A stretch of DNA of 64,000 nt from Chrysemys picta bellii (taxonomy: Eukaryota): contig NC_088800.1 of NCBI RefSeq assembly GCF_011386835.1, positions 1,178,001-1,242,000 of the forward strand, written 5' to 3'. Position 1 is the stretch's first letter; the number at the start of each line of letters is the position of its first letter. Below are positions 1-10,072 of the stretch, in pieces. Position numbers and translations under genes: made by a program. The notes beneath the pieces were generated by a model. That model had not been told where the DNA came from. It made no database searches and worked only from the letters and a program-made list of their open reading frames with translations.

Positions 1-441
1 CTGCGCCTACCCCAGGTACACAGCCAGCCTGTGCCGGGCTCTGTCCTGCCTGGCACCCTGGTGCCAGGGGGTGCGAGGAGAGTCCAGCTGGGGGCTTGTG
101 TGGGGAGCTGGGCTGCACGTCCCCATCGCCCGGCCAGGCTGGCCCCTGTGGGTGGGGCAGCAAACATCCAGGGGGCAGGGAGGGTAACAGAGCAGGCCCC
201 GCGGGGGGTCTTCGGGATGGACTGGCCACTCTGCTGGCTGGCAGGCAGGGCTCAGTCTGTGGGGTATTAGCAACAGGGGATGGGGGGGTCCATTGCCGGG
301 GAGGGTGGGAGGGGGCGGGCGGGGTCCATTGCCGGGGGGGTGGGGGTGGGAGGAGGCGGGGCCATTGGCAAGCAGGGAGGGTGCAGAGGGCACGTCTGGT
401 GCTGTGGCGGGAGGACGTGAGCTTTGCAATTGGCTGTTTAG

Positions 442-589
442 GGCTAAACACATCAGCATCACGCTGGCTCTGAATACCACCACCTACCTGGACAAGGAGC
501 GGGAGTACCTGCCCTGGAGCGCCGCCCTCGACAACCTGGGTTACTTCCGCCTGATGTTTGACCGCAGTGAGGTGTACGGCCCCATGCAG
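442..589 (+). CDS. ANPEP: Aminopeptidase N, internal coding exon (gene continues upstream of the window)
   Basis: tttag|G acceptor and CAG|gtgag donor; encodes (R)[49 protein letters not shown], matching the M1 aminopeptidase N C-terminal domain (human [18 protein letters not shown]). Confidence 0.95.
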
Positions 590-920
590 GTGAGCCCCCG
601 CCTGCCCCAGGCCAGGTGGATTGCGGGCAGCATGGCTGGATGGCGCTCGGATGGCCACTCTGCCGTTCCCGCCTGTGCGGGGTCAGTTCAGCCGTGGGCC
701 TGGCACAAACGCAGGGCATAGGGTGGGCTCTGCAAATCGCCCCAGCGAGGCGGAGAGGCGGGCCCCAGAGGGTCGGAGCTGCCCGGGGAAGGGCATGGGG
801 TGGGGGGAAGGAGGCGGCAGGAGCCGGGGGTGCGCTGGGTGATCGTGGCGTGACGGGGGGAAGGCTCAGAGCTCCTGATCCTTCTGGCAAGTGGTGCTCA
901 CCCTGCCCATCTTCCCCCAG

Positions 921-1012
921 AAATACATCCGGAATCAGGTGACCCCCTTGTTCCAGTACTTTGGAAACATCACCTCCAACTGGACCAGGCTCCCGGACGG
1001 CTTGATGGAGCA
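921..1012 (+). CDS. ANPEP: Aminopeptidase N coding exon
   Basis: cccag|AAA acceptor, CA|gtgagt donor; KYIRNQVTPLFQYFGNITSNWTRLPDGLMEQ; phase fits both neighbours. Confidence 0.93.
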
Positions 1013-1687
1013 GTGAGTCCCAGCGCGGCACGTCCTCCGGCCAGCCACAGGGCAGGCCCTGCTCACCCGGCGCCCCTGGGGCCTGGAGAACTGGCTCCTC
1101 CCGTGACTGCTGCTGCCTCTTTTCCAAGGGGAGGGCTCTGGGCCCCCCTTTCCTGCCCCACCCCTCAGCCAAGGGGGGTACTGGGCATGGCTCCCAGAGT
1201 GCGGGCACGCTGGGGCCGGTTGGGTGGCCCTGTGTTACGGGCATATGCCACTCTGTGCCCAGTCCCAGGCACCCTCCAGACCCTGCCTCTCCTCTCGCTC
1301 TTCCTCTGCTCCAGCGGACCCCGAGAGGCCGGGCGTTCCCCTCCCCACTGGCGGGATGGCTGAGCTGGGCAGTGGCACCCGCTGGCAGGAGGCAGAAGGA
1401 GCTGCCACGCGGTGCCCGGTGGGAACTGCCCAGGGTGCACCTAGGCAGCACTGTCCCCGGTAGTGCCCACTGCTCGCAGCCTCAGAGCGAGGTGACCCCC
1501 ACCCAACCTGTACGGCGCCTGGCAGATGGGGCAGTGGGAGAGACTCCTCCTGGGCCCGGCTGGTGACGGGCCGGTGGGCGCCTGCCTCTGTCACGGTCAT
1601 TCTGCCTGGTCTCCCTGCCCGCCAGGCCTGGCTCCTAGGGCCCCTTCGCCGGGTCCAGCCGTTGACACGGCTCCTCTCCCCACTCAG

Positions 1688-1798
1688 GTACAACGAGATC
1701 AACGCCATCAGCACGGCCTGTTCCCAAGGTGTCCCTGAGTGCGCGCAGCTGGCGGCCGCCTTCTTCAACCAGTGGAAGCAAAACCCCAGCAACAACCC
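1688..1798 (+). CDS. ANPEP: Aminopeptidase N coding exon
   Basis: ctcag|G acceptor, CC|gtgagc donor; [37 protein letters not shown]. Confidence 0.95.
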
Positions 1799-1889
1799 GT
1801 GAGCCCTTCCCCGTGGCCTCTGGGCAGGGAGGAGGTGGCTGGGGGGATGGGCCGGGCTGGGCCATGGCGCTGTTCTGGGCTGGGGGGCA

Positions 1890-2216
1890 GGGCTGGACGG
1901 GCCTTGGTTCCCCCCTGGGTTGGGGCGCTGGGCTGGACCGGGTCGTGGCGCCCCCCTGGGATGGGGGGCAGGGCTGGACCGGGCCGTGGCGCCCCCCTGG
2001 GTTGGGGGACTGGGCTGGACCGGGTCGTGGCGCCCCCCTGGGTTGGGGGGCTGGGCTGGACCGGGTCGTGGCGCCCCCCTGGGTTGGGGGACTGGGCTGG
2101 ACCGGGTCGTGGCGCCCCCCTGGGATGGGGGGCAGGGCTGGACCAGGCCTTGGTTCCCCCCTGGGTTGGGGGGCTGGGCTGGACCGGGTCGTGGCGCCCC
2201 CCTGGGATGGGGGGCT
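1890..2216. repeat. 41-bp G-rich minisatellite (8 copies) in an ANPEP intron
   Basis: Unit gggctggaccgggtcgtggcgcccccctgggttgggggrct recurs at 1890, 1930, 1971, 2012, 2053, 2094, 2135, 2176. Confidence 0.92.
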
Positions 2217-2484
2217 GGGGCAGGCCCAAGGGGGAGTGCAGGCAGAATTTGCCTATTTCCAGCTGGTAAATACCCAGCTCCCTGGCGCTGCCTGGACCCT
2301 AGTGAGATGCTAGCCCTACGCATGGGCCCGCTCTCTCCGGGTGGGGGGTGCCCCCCCAGCACTCCTCCATGGGAGCCTCTCCCCATGGTCTGCTGTGCCA
2401 GGGCTCTGCTGAGTGGGGCCCGGTGCCTGAGTGCCGAGCGCGTTCCCCGGCACGGCCCCCGTGACAGGCATGTTCCCCCCCCAG

Positions 2485-2652
2485 GATCCCCCCGAACCTG
2501 CGCTCCTCCATCTACTGCAGCGCCATAGAGACGGGCAGCGAGGCAGACTGGGAGTTCCTCTGGCAGATGTTTAAAAACGCCACGGTGGTGGCCGAAGCCG
2601 ACAAGCTCCGCTCGGCCCTGGCCTGCAGCAAGGAGCCTTGGATCTTGAAAAG
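2485..2652 (+). CDS. ANPEP: Aminopeptidase N coding exon
   Basis: cccag|G acceptor, AG|gtgtgt donor; IPPNLRSSIYCSAIETGSEADWEFLWQMFKNATVVAEADKLRSALACSKEPWILKR; absent from the ORF track. Confidence 0.95.
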
Positions 2653-2835
2653 GTGTGTGGGGGACACAGCCGCCTTCGGGGAATGGGGGCCGTGGAGCCC
2701 ATCGGCGTAGGGATGGGGAGGATCCAGGCTGCCATGGGCACGGGGAAGGAGAAGGGTCTGGGGCTGCCTGCAGCGGTAGGTGGCCCTGCGCCTGCCACGG
2801 GTGCCGCGTACCAGCCCTGCCTGCCCCCTCCCCAG

Positions 2836-2976
2836 GTATCTGCAGTACTGCCTGGATCCCAGCAAAATCCGGAAGCAGGACGCCACCTCCACCATCAACA
2901 GCATCGCCAGTAACGTGGTGGGGCAGAGCCTGGCCTGGGACTTCATCCGGGGCAACTGGAAGACCCTTTTCAGCCA
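2836..2976 (+). CDS. ANPEP: Aminopeptidase N coding exon
   Basis: cccag|G acceptor, CA|gtgagt donor; [47 protein letters not shown]. Confidence 0.95.
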
Positions 2977-3335
2977 GTGAGTGCCACGGAGGGGCAGCCC
3001 GTGGGAGGGGGCTGGGGAATGCAGGGGAGCGATGGGGAGTGGAGGAGCGATGGGGAATGGGGGGAGCAATGGGGAGCCTGGGGGAGGGGGAGGAGCAAGA
3101 GGGGATGGGGAATGGGGGGGGGGGCGCTCTCAGTCTCTCTCCCCACACGTTATGTGCCCTTCGTGCCATCCTGGGCTCCTGTGGCTGCCTGGCGAAGAGC
3201 AGGGGGTGCTCCCTGCTCCTATGCCCGGGGCAGCCCCTCTGCTGAGCCTTGGTAGCTCTTTCCGGGATGCTGCCCCTTTGGGAGGAAGGCACCTCCCCCA
3301 TGCCCGCCTGCTCACCCCGCCCCTCCCCTCCACAG

Positions 3336-3417
3336 GTACGGCGGGGGCTCCTTCTCCTTCTCGGGCCTGATCCAGGTGGTGACGCAGCGGTTTGCCTCTG
3401 AGTTCGAGCTGCAGCAG
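3336..3417 (+). CDS. ANPEP: Aminopeptidase N coding exon
   Basis: cacag|G acceptor, CAG|gtgagg donor; YGGGSFSFSGLIQVVTQRFASEFELQQ. Confidence 0.95.
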
Positions 3418-4139
3418 GTGAGGCCCGTCCCAGGCCTATCCGTGCGCGGGGTGGTGGGGCCCCTCGGGAAGGGAGAGCCCCGTCCGGTCTGCTCTAGCCC
3501 TCCCCAGGGCCCGGCCGTCGCTCCCTGCAGCCTCTCCCCAGGGCCTGGCCCAGGTGGGCTGGGAGCCACCCGAGTGCAGGGGCTGGCACCATTTCGCGTG
3601 GGGTCGTCGGCGCTTCACAGCCCCAATCCGTTAGTGCAGCTCTGTCGCCCTTGCCCGGCCACCCTGCAGCAGAGGGATCCTGCCTCCCTGCCGGGCGGGC
3701 GAGTCCGTCAAGCCCCGTCACTTGGGGGCGAGCCAGGGCAGGTCTAGGGAGAGGTCCAGCTGTGATGCCAGCCCCAGGGATGGCAGCGCCCCGCTACCTC
3801 CAGACACACATAGCCTCTGCCCCATTTGTGGGGCCGCAGCCGAGGAACTGGTGCTGCAGGAAACCTCGCGTGTTACCGAAGCACCCCAAGGCTGCATGCC
3901 TGTCCCTTGGGGTTCACATCCTGGCCTCCCTCCCTGCGTGGCCGAGCAGCGCACAGACAGCTGCTTTCCTGCTCCTCCTGGGTCCATCCCTCTGGGCCTG
4001 CAGGTGTCTGGGGCTGCTTGGCGCCCTCCCCAGGTTTGGGGTGCCCGGGTGGTGCCAGGGCTGCATGAGGGCACCGCAGTGCACCGGCGCTGTCCTGCGG
4101 CCGCCCTCACTCCCTCTCGGGCCCGCTCTCTCTCGGCAG

Positions 4140-4292
4140 CTGGAGCAGTTCAAGGCAGACAACGCCGACGTGGGCTTTGGCTCGGGCACGCGGGCGCTGG
4201 AGCAGGCGCTGGAGAAGACCAAAGCTAATATCAAATGGGTGGCAGAGAACAAGCAGACGGTGCTGACGTGGTTTGAGACGGCAAGCAGCTGA
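4140..4292 (+). CDS. ANPEP: Aminopeptidase N terminal coding exon
   Basis: ggcag|CTG acceptor; [50 protein letters not shown] then TGA. Confidence 0.96.
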   Translation: MEQFKADNADVGFGSGTRALEQALEKTKANIKWVAENKQTVLTWFETASS

Positions 4293-4732
4293 GAGGGTGA
4301 ACTCAGTAACGCCAACCCCTCCCACGTCTGCCTCCTCCCGCTGCTCGGGGGGGCTGTGCCCCGGTTCCTGAGCCCCACACCCTGGGCATGCAGCCTCCTG
4401 AACTCTCCTGTCATTGGGCCCATGTCCCCGCCCCAGAGAGCCCCCCGCCCCCGCCCCCCCCCCATTCTGCCTCCACTCCCAGAACACCCTGCACTGCCTG
4501 GGGCTCAGCCTGGCCGTGCTCCCACAATGCTTTGCACACGGGCCCCATTGACAGGGCCTCGCCACAGCCCTTGTTGCAGTGACTGTCCCAGGGAAGCCCA
4601 GGTGCCCGTGGGGTGGTCATGGGCAGACAGGAGGGTGAGGGCAGCGGGGCTGCTGACTGGGGAGCCCCCCAGCCCCGCCGCGGGCCAGGACATGTGTCTG
4701 CTGTATAGTCCTTCTCAGCCCCAGACATTGTA

Positions 4733-4738
4733 AATAAA
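4733..4738 (+). terminator. ANPEP polyadenylation signal (AATAAA)
   Basis: AATAAA about 440 nt after the ANPEP stop, in an AT-rich patch within GC-rich DNA. Confidence 0.75.
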
Positions 4739-5940
4739 GGCTTAATGTTAAATGGTAAAGCCATGGGGCTGGGGCTCGGCCCAGCGCCTCCTGCACTCCC
4801 ACAGCTCACTCCCACGCTCAGCTTGGGCAAGTGCCCGGGCCGTTCCCTTTGCCACCGGCATGGGCAGTGGTGGAGGAGAACGGGGGGGCAGGATGTGAGC
4901 AGGAGGTAAGGCGGCTCCGGGGACCGGGGAGTGGACATGCTGGGAGAACAGGAAACGAGCCACTCCTCACAGCCGGGGTGTCAGGCGGAGGGGCCAGCCC
5001 CTGCCTCAGGTGAGCTCTGCCCAGCCCGCTGAGGCTGTTAGGAGCCGGGGCGAAGTGGTGACGAAGGCCTGGCGGGGGGCTGTCTGACGGTACATGTCAG
5101 CGATCCCCAGGGGTAGTGCCGGTCCCAGCTCTGCTCCCAGACAGGGTCGGGAGGGCCGGCAGTGGGAGTCGGGCAGGCTGGCGCAGAGCGGGTGCCAGGG
5201 CGGGGGGGAGGACCAGCCCCGCTAAGGCACAGGAGCAGTGGGCCCTGGGGGCAGGGGGCACAGGCCCCATCACAGAGGCTAGAGGAGAGTTCCCTCCCTC
5301 CAGTCCATCCCTTCCCTCCATGGTGCCCGCTGGCACATCCAGAGCTCAGCCCAGCCTGGTTGTGAATCTCCCCCAGTGACGGGGCTCCCGTCCCTTCCCC
5401 GGCTGTCTACCCACTGCGCTGTCTGCTGGGGCAGGAGGCTCTGGCCGTGACCACGGAGCTGCAGTACCCGCAGGGCAAGGAGCTAGGGCTGCTCCGGGCA
5501 GGCCCAGAGTGGCAGTGGCAGGGCACAGGGCGTATAACGCAGGAGGTCCCAGCTATCTGGGGTAGGTACTTGGCCATCTCCTCCAGCTCTGGGCTGGAGA
5601 CACAGGCTGGGGGCAGGCGGGGGGCAGCAGGGACACTGGTTCTATGGAATAAGTTGTCCCAAAGGGATTGTTACCCTTTTCTATGGGTGTAGAGCCTGCA
5701 GATCCCAAGACACCTCACTCTGAGCCCTGGGACTTGGGCTGGGGGCCAGCCAGGGAGAGGCTGCTTTGCCTGATGATTTTGGCCCCGTCCCTGAGGATCT
5801 CAGCGGCTGGCAGGTGCCGTTGTCAGCGCAGCCCTCGGACCCGGCCCGGCAGGGACACAGCTTTGCAGCTTGGCGATGGGGTTGGTGCCCAGGTCTGAGC
5901 TGGGCTCTGGGTGCAGCGACCATTTGGAGAAGTGGCTGGG

Positions 5941-6031
5941 GCTGCAGGGCGTCTCTGGCTGCATCGGGGGGCAGCTCGGCAGCCCGGGGCTCTGGGCTGA
6001 GGCCGGAGGTGTGATGTGGCACCTGTGCAGG
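5941..6031 (-). promoter_or_regulatory. Orphan paralogous copy of the Mesp core promoter (T-box palindrome kept, TATA-like box lost)
   Basis: Gapless hand alignment to the MESP1 promoter (18721-18811): about 20 mismatches in 91 nt; AGGTGccacaTCACACCT conserved; CATAAA replaced by CCCAGA. Confidence 0.7.
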
Positions 6032-6090
6032 TCCAAGCCCGGGGATGCGGGAGGCAGCGGGTGGGGAACGGGGGGTACTCGGAGGCAGAG

Positions 6091-6625
6091 CATAAGAACA
6101 TAAGAACGGCCATACTGGGTCAGACCAAAGGTCCATCTAGCCCAGTATCCTGTCTACCGACAGTGGCCAATGCCAGGTGCCCCTGCGGGAGTGAACCTAA
6201 CTGGTAATGATCAAGTGATCTCTCTCCTGCCGTCCATCTCCACCCTCTGACAAACAGAGGCTAGGGACACCATTCCTTACCCACCCTGACTAATAGCCAT
6301 TAATGGACTTAACCACAATGAATTTATCCATTTCTCTTTTAAACCCTGTGATAGTCCTAGCCTTCACAACCTCCTCAGGTAAGGAGTTCCACGGGTTGAC
6401 TGTGTGCTGTGTGAAGAAGAACTTCCTTTGATTTGTTTTAAACCTGCTGCCTATTAATTTCATTTGGTGACCCCTAGTTCTTATATTACGGGAACAAGTA
6501 AATAACTTCCTTATTCACTTTCTCCACACCACACATGATTTTATAGACCTCTATCATATCCCCCCTTAGTTGCTTCTTTTCCAAGCTGAAAAGTCCTAGC
6601 CCCTTTAATCTCTCCTCATATGTGC
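6091..6625 (-). mobile_element. CR1 LINE 3' fragment
   Basis: cataagaacataagaacggcc terminal repeat; minus strand encodes [28 protein letters not shown] (CR1 ORF2 C-terminus). Confidence 0.9.
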
Positions 6626-7161
6626 CCTGTTCACCTGACTGCACGGTTCTGGAGTCACTTAGACAGCAGCACAATTTCCTTGCCAGGAATGTGACACCTC
6701 CATCTCTGTGTCCCCCCAGTGACCCCCGGCCCCAGGAGTCCCCTTGACTGCCCTCTCCCTGTGACCCCCATGACCCACTGTGATTCGCCTGGCCCCATTG
6801 CCTCGTGACCCCCATCCTTGTGACCCCCATGACAACCCCACCCCACCCTCATGATTCCCCTGTCCCCGTGAGTCCCTGCCCATCTCCCTGAACACCCAGG
6901 TCCTCTGGCTACGTCTGGGGAGCAGGCCTGGAGCTGGGCTAAGGCCAAGACAGAGGCGCGCTGGGCTGCCGTTGCTGTTCTCCAGGCTGCAAAGGGGCTC
7001 GTGGGGCGAAATGGGTCCAGGGTGACTTCGTGCTCTGTGCAGTTGCCTCCAAGAAGTACCATGGGCAGGGGCTGCCCACGTGTGAAGCGCGCTTGCCTCA
7101 GTTCTGGCCTACATCCATGGCTCATTCTCCAGGCCACTGCCCAAGGGATGGTGAGACTTGT

Positions 7162-8175
7162 CAGCCCCACACAGCACCGGGCCCTGCCCAGCACCGCGCT
7201 GGGTCCCCCATCCCCACACAGACCCAGGCCCTGCCCAGCACCGCGCTGGGTTCCCCCCCCCAGCCCCACACAGCACCGGGCCCTGCCCAGCACTGCGCTG
7301 GGTCCCCCCGCTCCCAGCCCCACACAGACCCAGGCCCTGCCCAGCACCGCGCTGGGTTCCCCCCCCCAGCCCCACACAGCACCGGGCCCTGCCCAGCACC
7401 GCGCTGGGTCCCCCCGCTCCCAGCCCCACACAGACCCAGGCCCTGCCCAGCACCGCGCTGGGTTCCCCCCCCCCCAGCCCCACACAGCACCGGGCCCTGC
7501 CCAGCACTGCGCTGGGTCCCCCCGCTCCCAGCCCCACACAGACCCAGGCCCTGCCCAGCACCGCGCTGGGTTCCCCCCCCCAGCCCCACACAGCACCGGG
7601 CCCTGCCCAGCACCGCGCTGGGTCCCCCCGCTCCCAGCCCCACACAGACCCAGGCCCTGCCCAGCACCGCGCTGGGTCCCCCATCCCCATCCCCACACAG
7701 ACCCAGGCCCTGCCCAGCACCGTGCTGGGTCCCCCCCTCAGCCCCACACAGCACCGGGCCCTGCCCAGCACCGCGCTGGGTCCCCCAGCCGCACACAGAC
7801 CCAGGCCCTGCCCAGCACCGCGCTGGGTTCCCCCCTCAGCCCCACACAGCACCGGGCCCTGCCCAGCACTGCGCTGGGTCCCCCCCCTCAGCCCCACACA
7901 GCACTGGGCCCTGCCCAGCACCGCGCTGGGTCCCCCCCCTCAGCCCCACACAGCACTGGGCCCTGCCCAGCACCGCGCTGGGTCCCCCCCCAGCCCCACA
8001 CAGACCCAGGCCCTGCCCAGCATCGCGCTGGGTCCCCCCGCCCCCAACCCCACACAGACCCAGGCCCTGGCCAGCACCACGCTGGGTCCTGCCCCCAGCC
8101 CCACACAGACCCAGGCCCTGCCCAGCACCGCGCTGCCCCCCCCCCCCCCAGCCCCACACAGACCCAGGCCCTGCT
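7162..8175. repeat. ~51-bp minisatellite (~20 copies) with two alternating variants
   Basis: Unit cagccccacacag[caccgg/acccag]gccctgcccagcaccgcgctgggtcccccc; explains the overlapping Pro/Gly-rich ORFs at 7001-8295. Confidence 0.92.
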
Positions 8176-8429
8176 CCCAGACAGCATATGAAGGGACTGG
8201 GTAATTCCCATGCAGGCAGCCCAGCCCTGCCCACACAGCCGGGTAGGGAGCTGACAGCGCCAGTGGGGGAGCTCCCCGTCCTGGCAGGGGACTAATGAAA
8301 TCTAGGACTGCTGAAGAAATGTAACGCGAGTGTGAGTCAGATCAGAGCATGGGAGGAGCAGGGACCCTGGTCATGCGGCTCCGTGCCCATCACCGTTCAC
8401 CCACCCTGCCTTCAGAAACTGTGTCCGCC

Positions 8430-8870
8430 TGCTCCCAGAGCCGCCCCACCTCGCCTGCTCCCAGAGCCGGGCCCTGCCTCCCGCAGCACCTGCCTGCTCC
8501 CAGAGCTGCCTCCCCAGCCCCCCTGCTCCCAGAGCCGCCCCACACAGCGCCCACCCGCTCCGAGAGCCGTCCCCCCAGCACCCAACCGCTCCCAGAGCTG
8601 CCCCACACAGCATCCGCCTGCTCCCAGAGCTGGGCCCCCAGTCCCCACCCGCTCCGAGAGCCACCCCCCGCTAGCGCCCACCCGCTCCCAGAGCAGGATC
8701 CACCCAGTGCCCACTCGCTCCCACCTGAGCCACTCCACCCAGCACCTGCCCATGCCCAGAGCCACCCCTGCTCCCCAGTACCTGCCTGCTCCTAGAGCTG
8801 TTTCCCCCGCACAGCACCTACCTGCTTCCAGAGAAACCCACCCAGCACCCGCCCGCTCCCAGAGCTGGGT
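8430..8870. repeat. Degenerate C-rich repeat with ctcccagagc core
   Basis: cc(c/t)gctcccagagc recurs roughly every 25-35 bp. Confidence 0.7.
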
Positions 8871-8955
8871 CCACCAGCCCACTCAGTGAGCAACAAACCC
8901 GGCAGAGTGACCCTACAATAACAAACCAGCACGAACAAGGGCAGGATGTAAAGGG

Positions 8956-8961
8956 TTTAAT
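8956..8961 (-). terminator. Putative MESP2 polyadenylation signal (ATTAAA)
   Basis: tttaat on the + strand, about 90 nt past the predicted MESP2 stop. Confidence 0.5.
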
Positions 8962-9049
8962 CAGAAAGGCATTTCCCTGCCAGGCACAGCCGGTGTGACG
9001 AGCGGGCCCCGGCAGGGACCTGCCGAGAGCAGAGCTGCTACACTGAGCG

Positions 9050-9241
9050 CTAGTCCGTGAAGAGCCCCGTATCTCTGCACCCAAACGCGGCCGATGTCCT
9101 GCTTCTCATCACCTCTTCCGTGCCAGCTGCCCCCCATTCCTGCTGCTGGGCCGGCTCTGCCGGGACGCCCCTGTGGTGGCTGCAGGCTGGCTGGGGGCTG
9201 GGGTCAATGGACCAGTCCAGGGCTGGAGACATGGGCCCTGC
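9050..9241 (-). CDS. MESP2: Mesoderm posterior bHLH factor 2, exon 2
   Basis: cttttcttttggcacaag|GCA acceptor in phase 0; AGPMSPALDWSIDP...GLFTD then TAG; junction LAAFYQ|AGPMSP parallels human MESP2 LAAVYQ|GLSVSP. Confidence 0.7.
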   Translation of the reverse strand, partial: AGPMSPALDWSIDPSPQPACSHHRGVPAEPAQQQEWGAAGTEEVMRSRTSAAFGCRDTGLFTD

Positions 9242-10072
9242 CTTGTGCCAAAAGAAAAGCCGTGTTTGACAAGGTGCCAGGCGGGCTGGCCGGGGTGAGG
9301 CGCACTGCAGGCCCCGCCAGACTCCACCGGCCCCAGTTCTCAGGCACCCCCTTGCCCAGGGCGCCGCAGGGACAGATCCTGTGTGCCTCAGCTGCATTCT
9401 GAGGGAGCATTTCCCCCTCCCCGCTAGGCTCCGCATTGCCCCAGGCTGAGGGGCCCCGTTGCACAGCCCCTCGGAGGGGTGTGCGGGGCACTGAACATTA
9501 TACTAATGGGCAGTTCCCCTGGCCAGGCCTGGGAAGATCCTGGTGCCCCCACATTGCTGAGGGATCGCCCACATCCTTCCCTGGGCTCCCAGTGCAGAAC
9601 CCGCCTCACCCCGGGCAGGGCACAGCTCCAGGTGCCCTGGTAGCACCTGGCTGTCACGGCAGACCCTTGGGGCTCCATGCCCAGCGGCACGGGTGGTTCA
9701 GCCCTGGCACTGAACACCAAGGGGGGGTGCTTTCTGCCTGGCCACCCTGCCAGCGTTGCTTGGGCAGAGCGGCCTAGGGGACCCCAGGGGGCAGAGAGAG
9801 GCACATTAAAGGGAGGCTCCTGGTTTCCAAGCTGCTGCTCCTGGAGGAGTCCGAGGCACCAGCCCAGATCTCTCTGGCATGGCATTCCAATCGGAACCGT
9901 CCCGCCAGGGCCCAGTGCCCCGGGCAGAGCCCACTGGCTGCAAGCAGGCACTATGGTCCACCGGCTTGGATCCCCTAGGGGAATCTGACCCGGTGTGGAT
10001 GCTGCCGGCCTCCTGCCGGGGCCTCTGTAGCGTATGGGGCAGGGAAGGGGCCCCCCAGAGTGCAGTGCGTAC

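Noticed and set aside
1235-3301. 688-aa minus-strand ORF antisense to ANPEP
   Set aside because: Low-complexity Pro/Gly/Arg sequence crossing a VNTR and several ANPEP exons; no domain recognised; expected in GC-rich DNA with few stop codons
5240-5270. Minus-strand CAPCPQG resembling the Mesp CPLCPEG motif downstream of the orphan promoter
   Set aside because: The preceding sequence is not a bHLH helix in any frame I read; too short to separate from chance
7001-8295. Overlapping 270-421-aa ORFs on both strands
   Set aside because: Translations of the 51-bp minisatellite
9806-10072. C-terminal extension of the 425-aa MESP2 ORF in the track
   Set aside because: Reads through intron 1; a GT donor follows LAAFYQ at the position matching the human exon boundary
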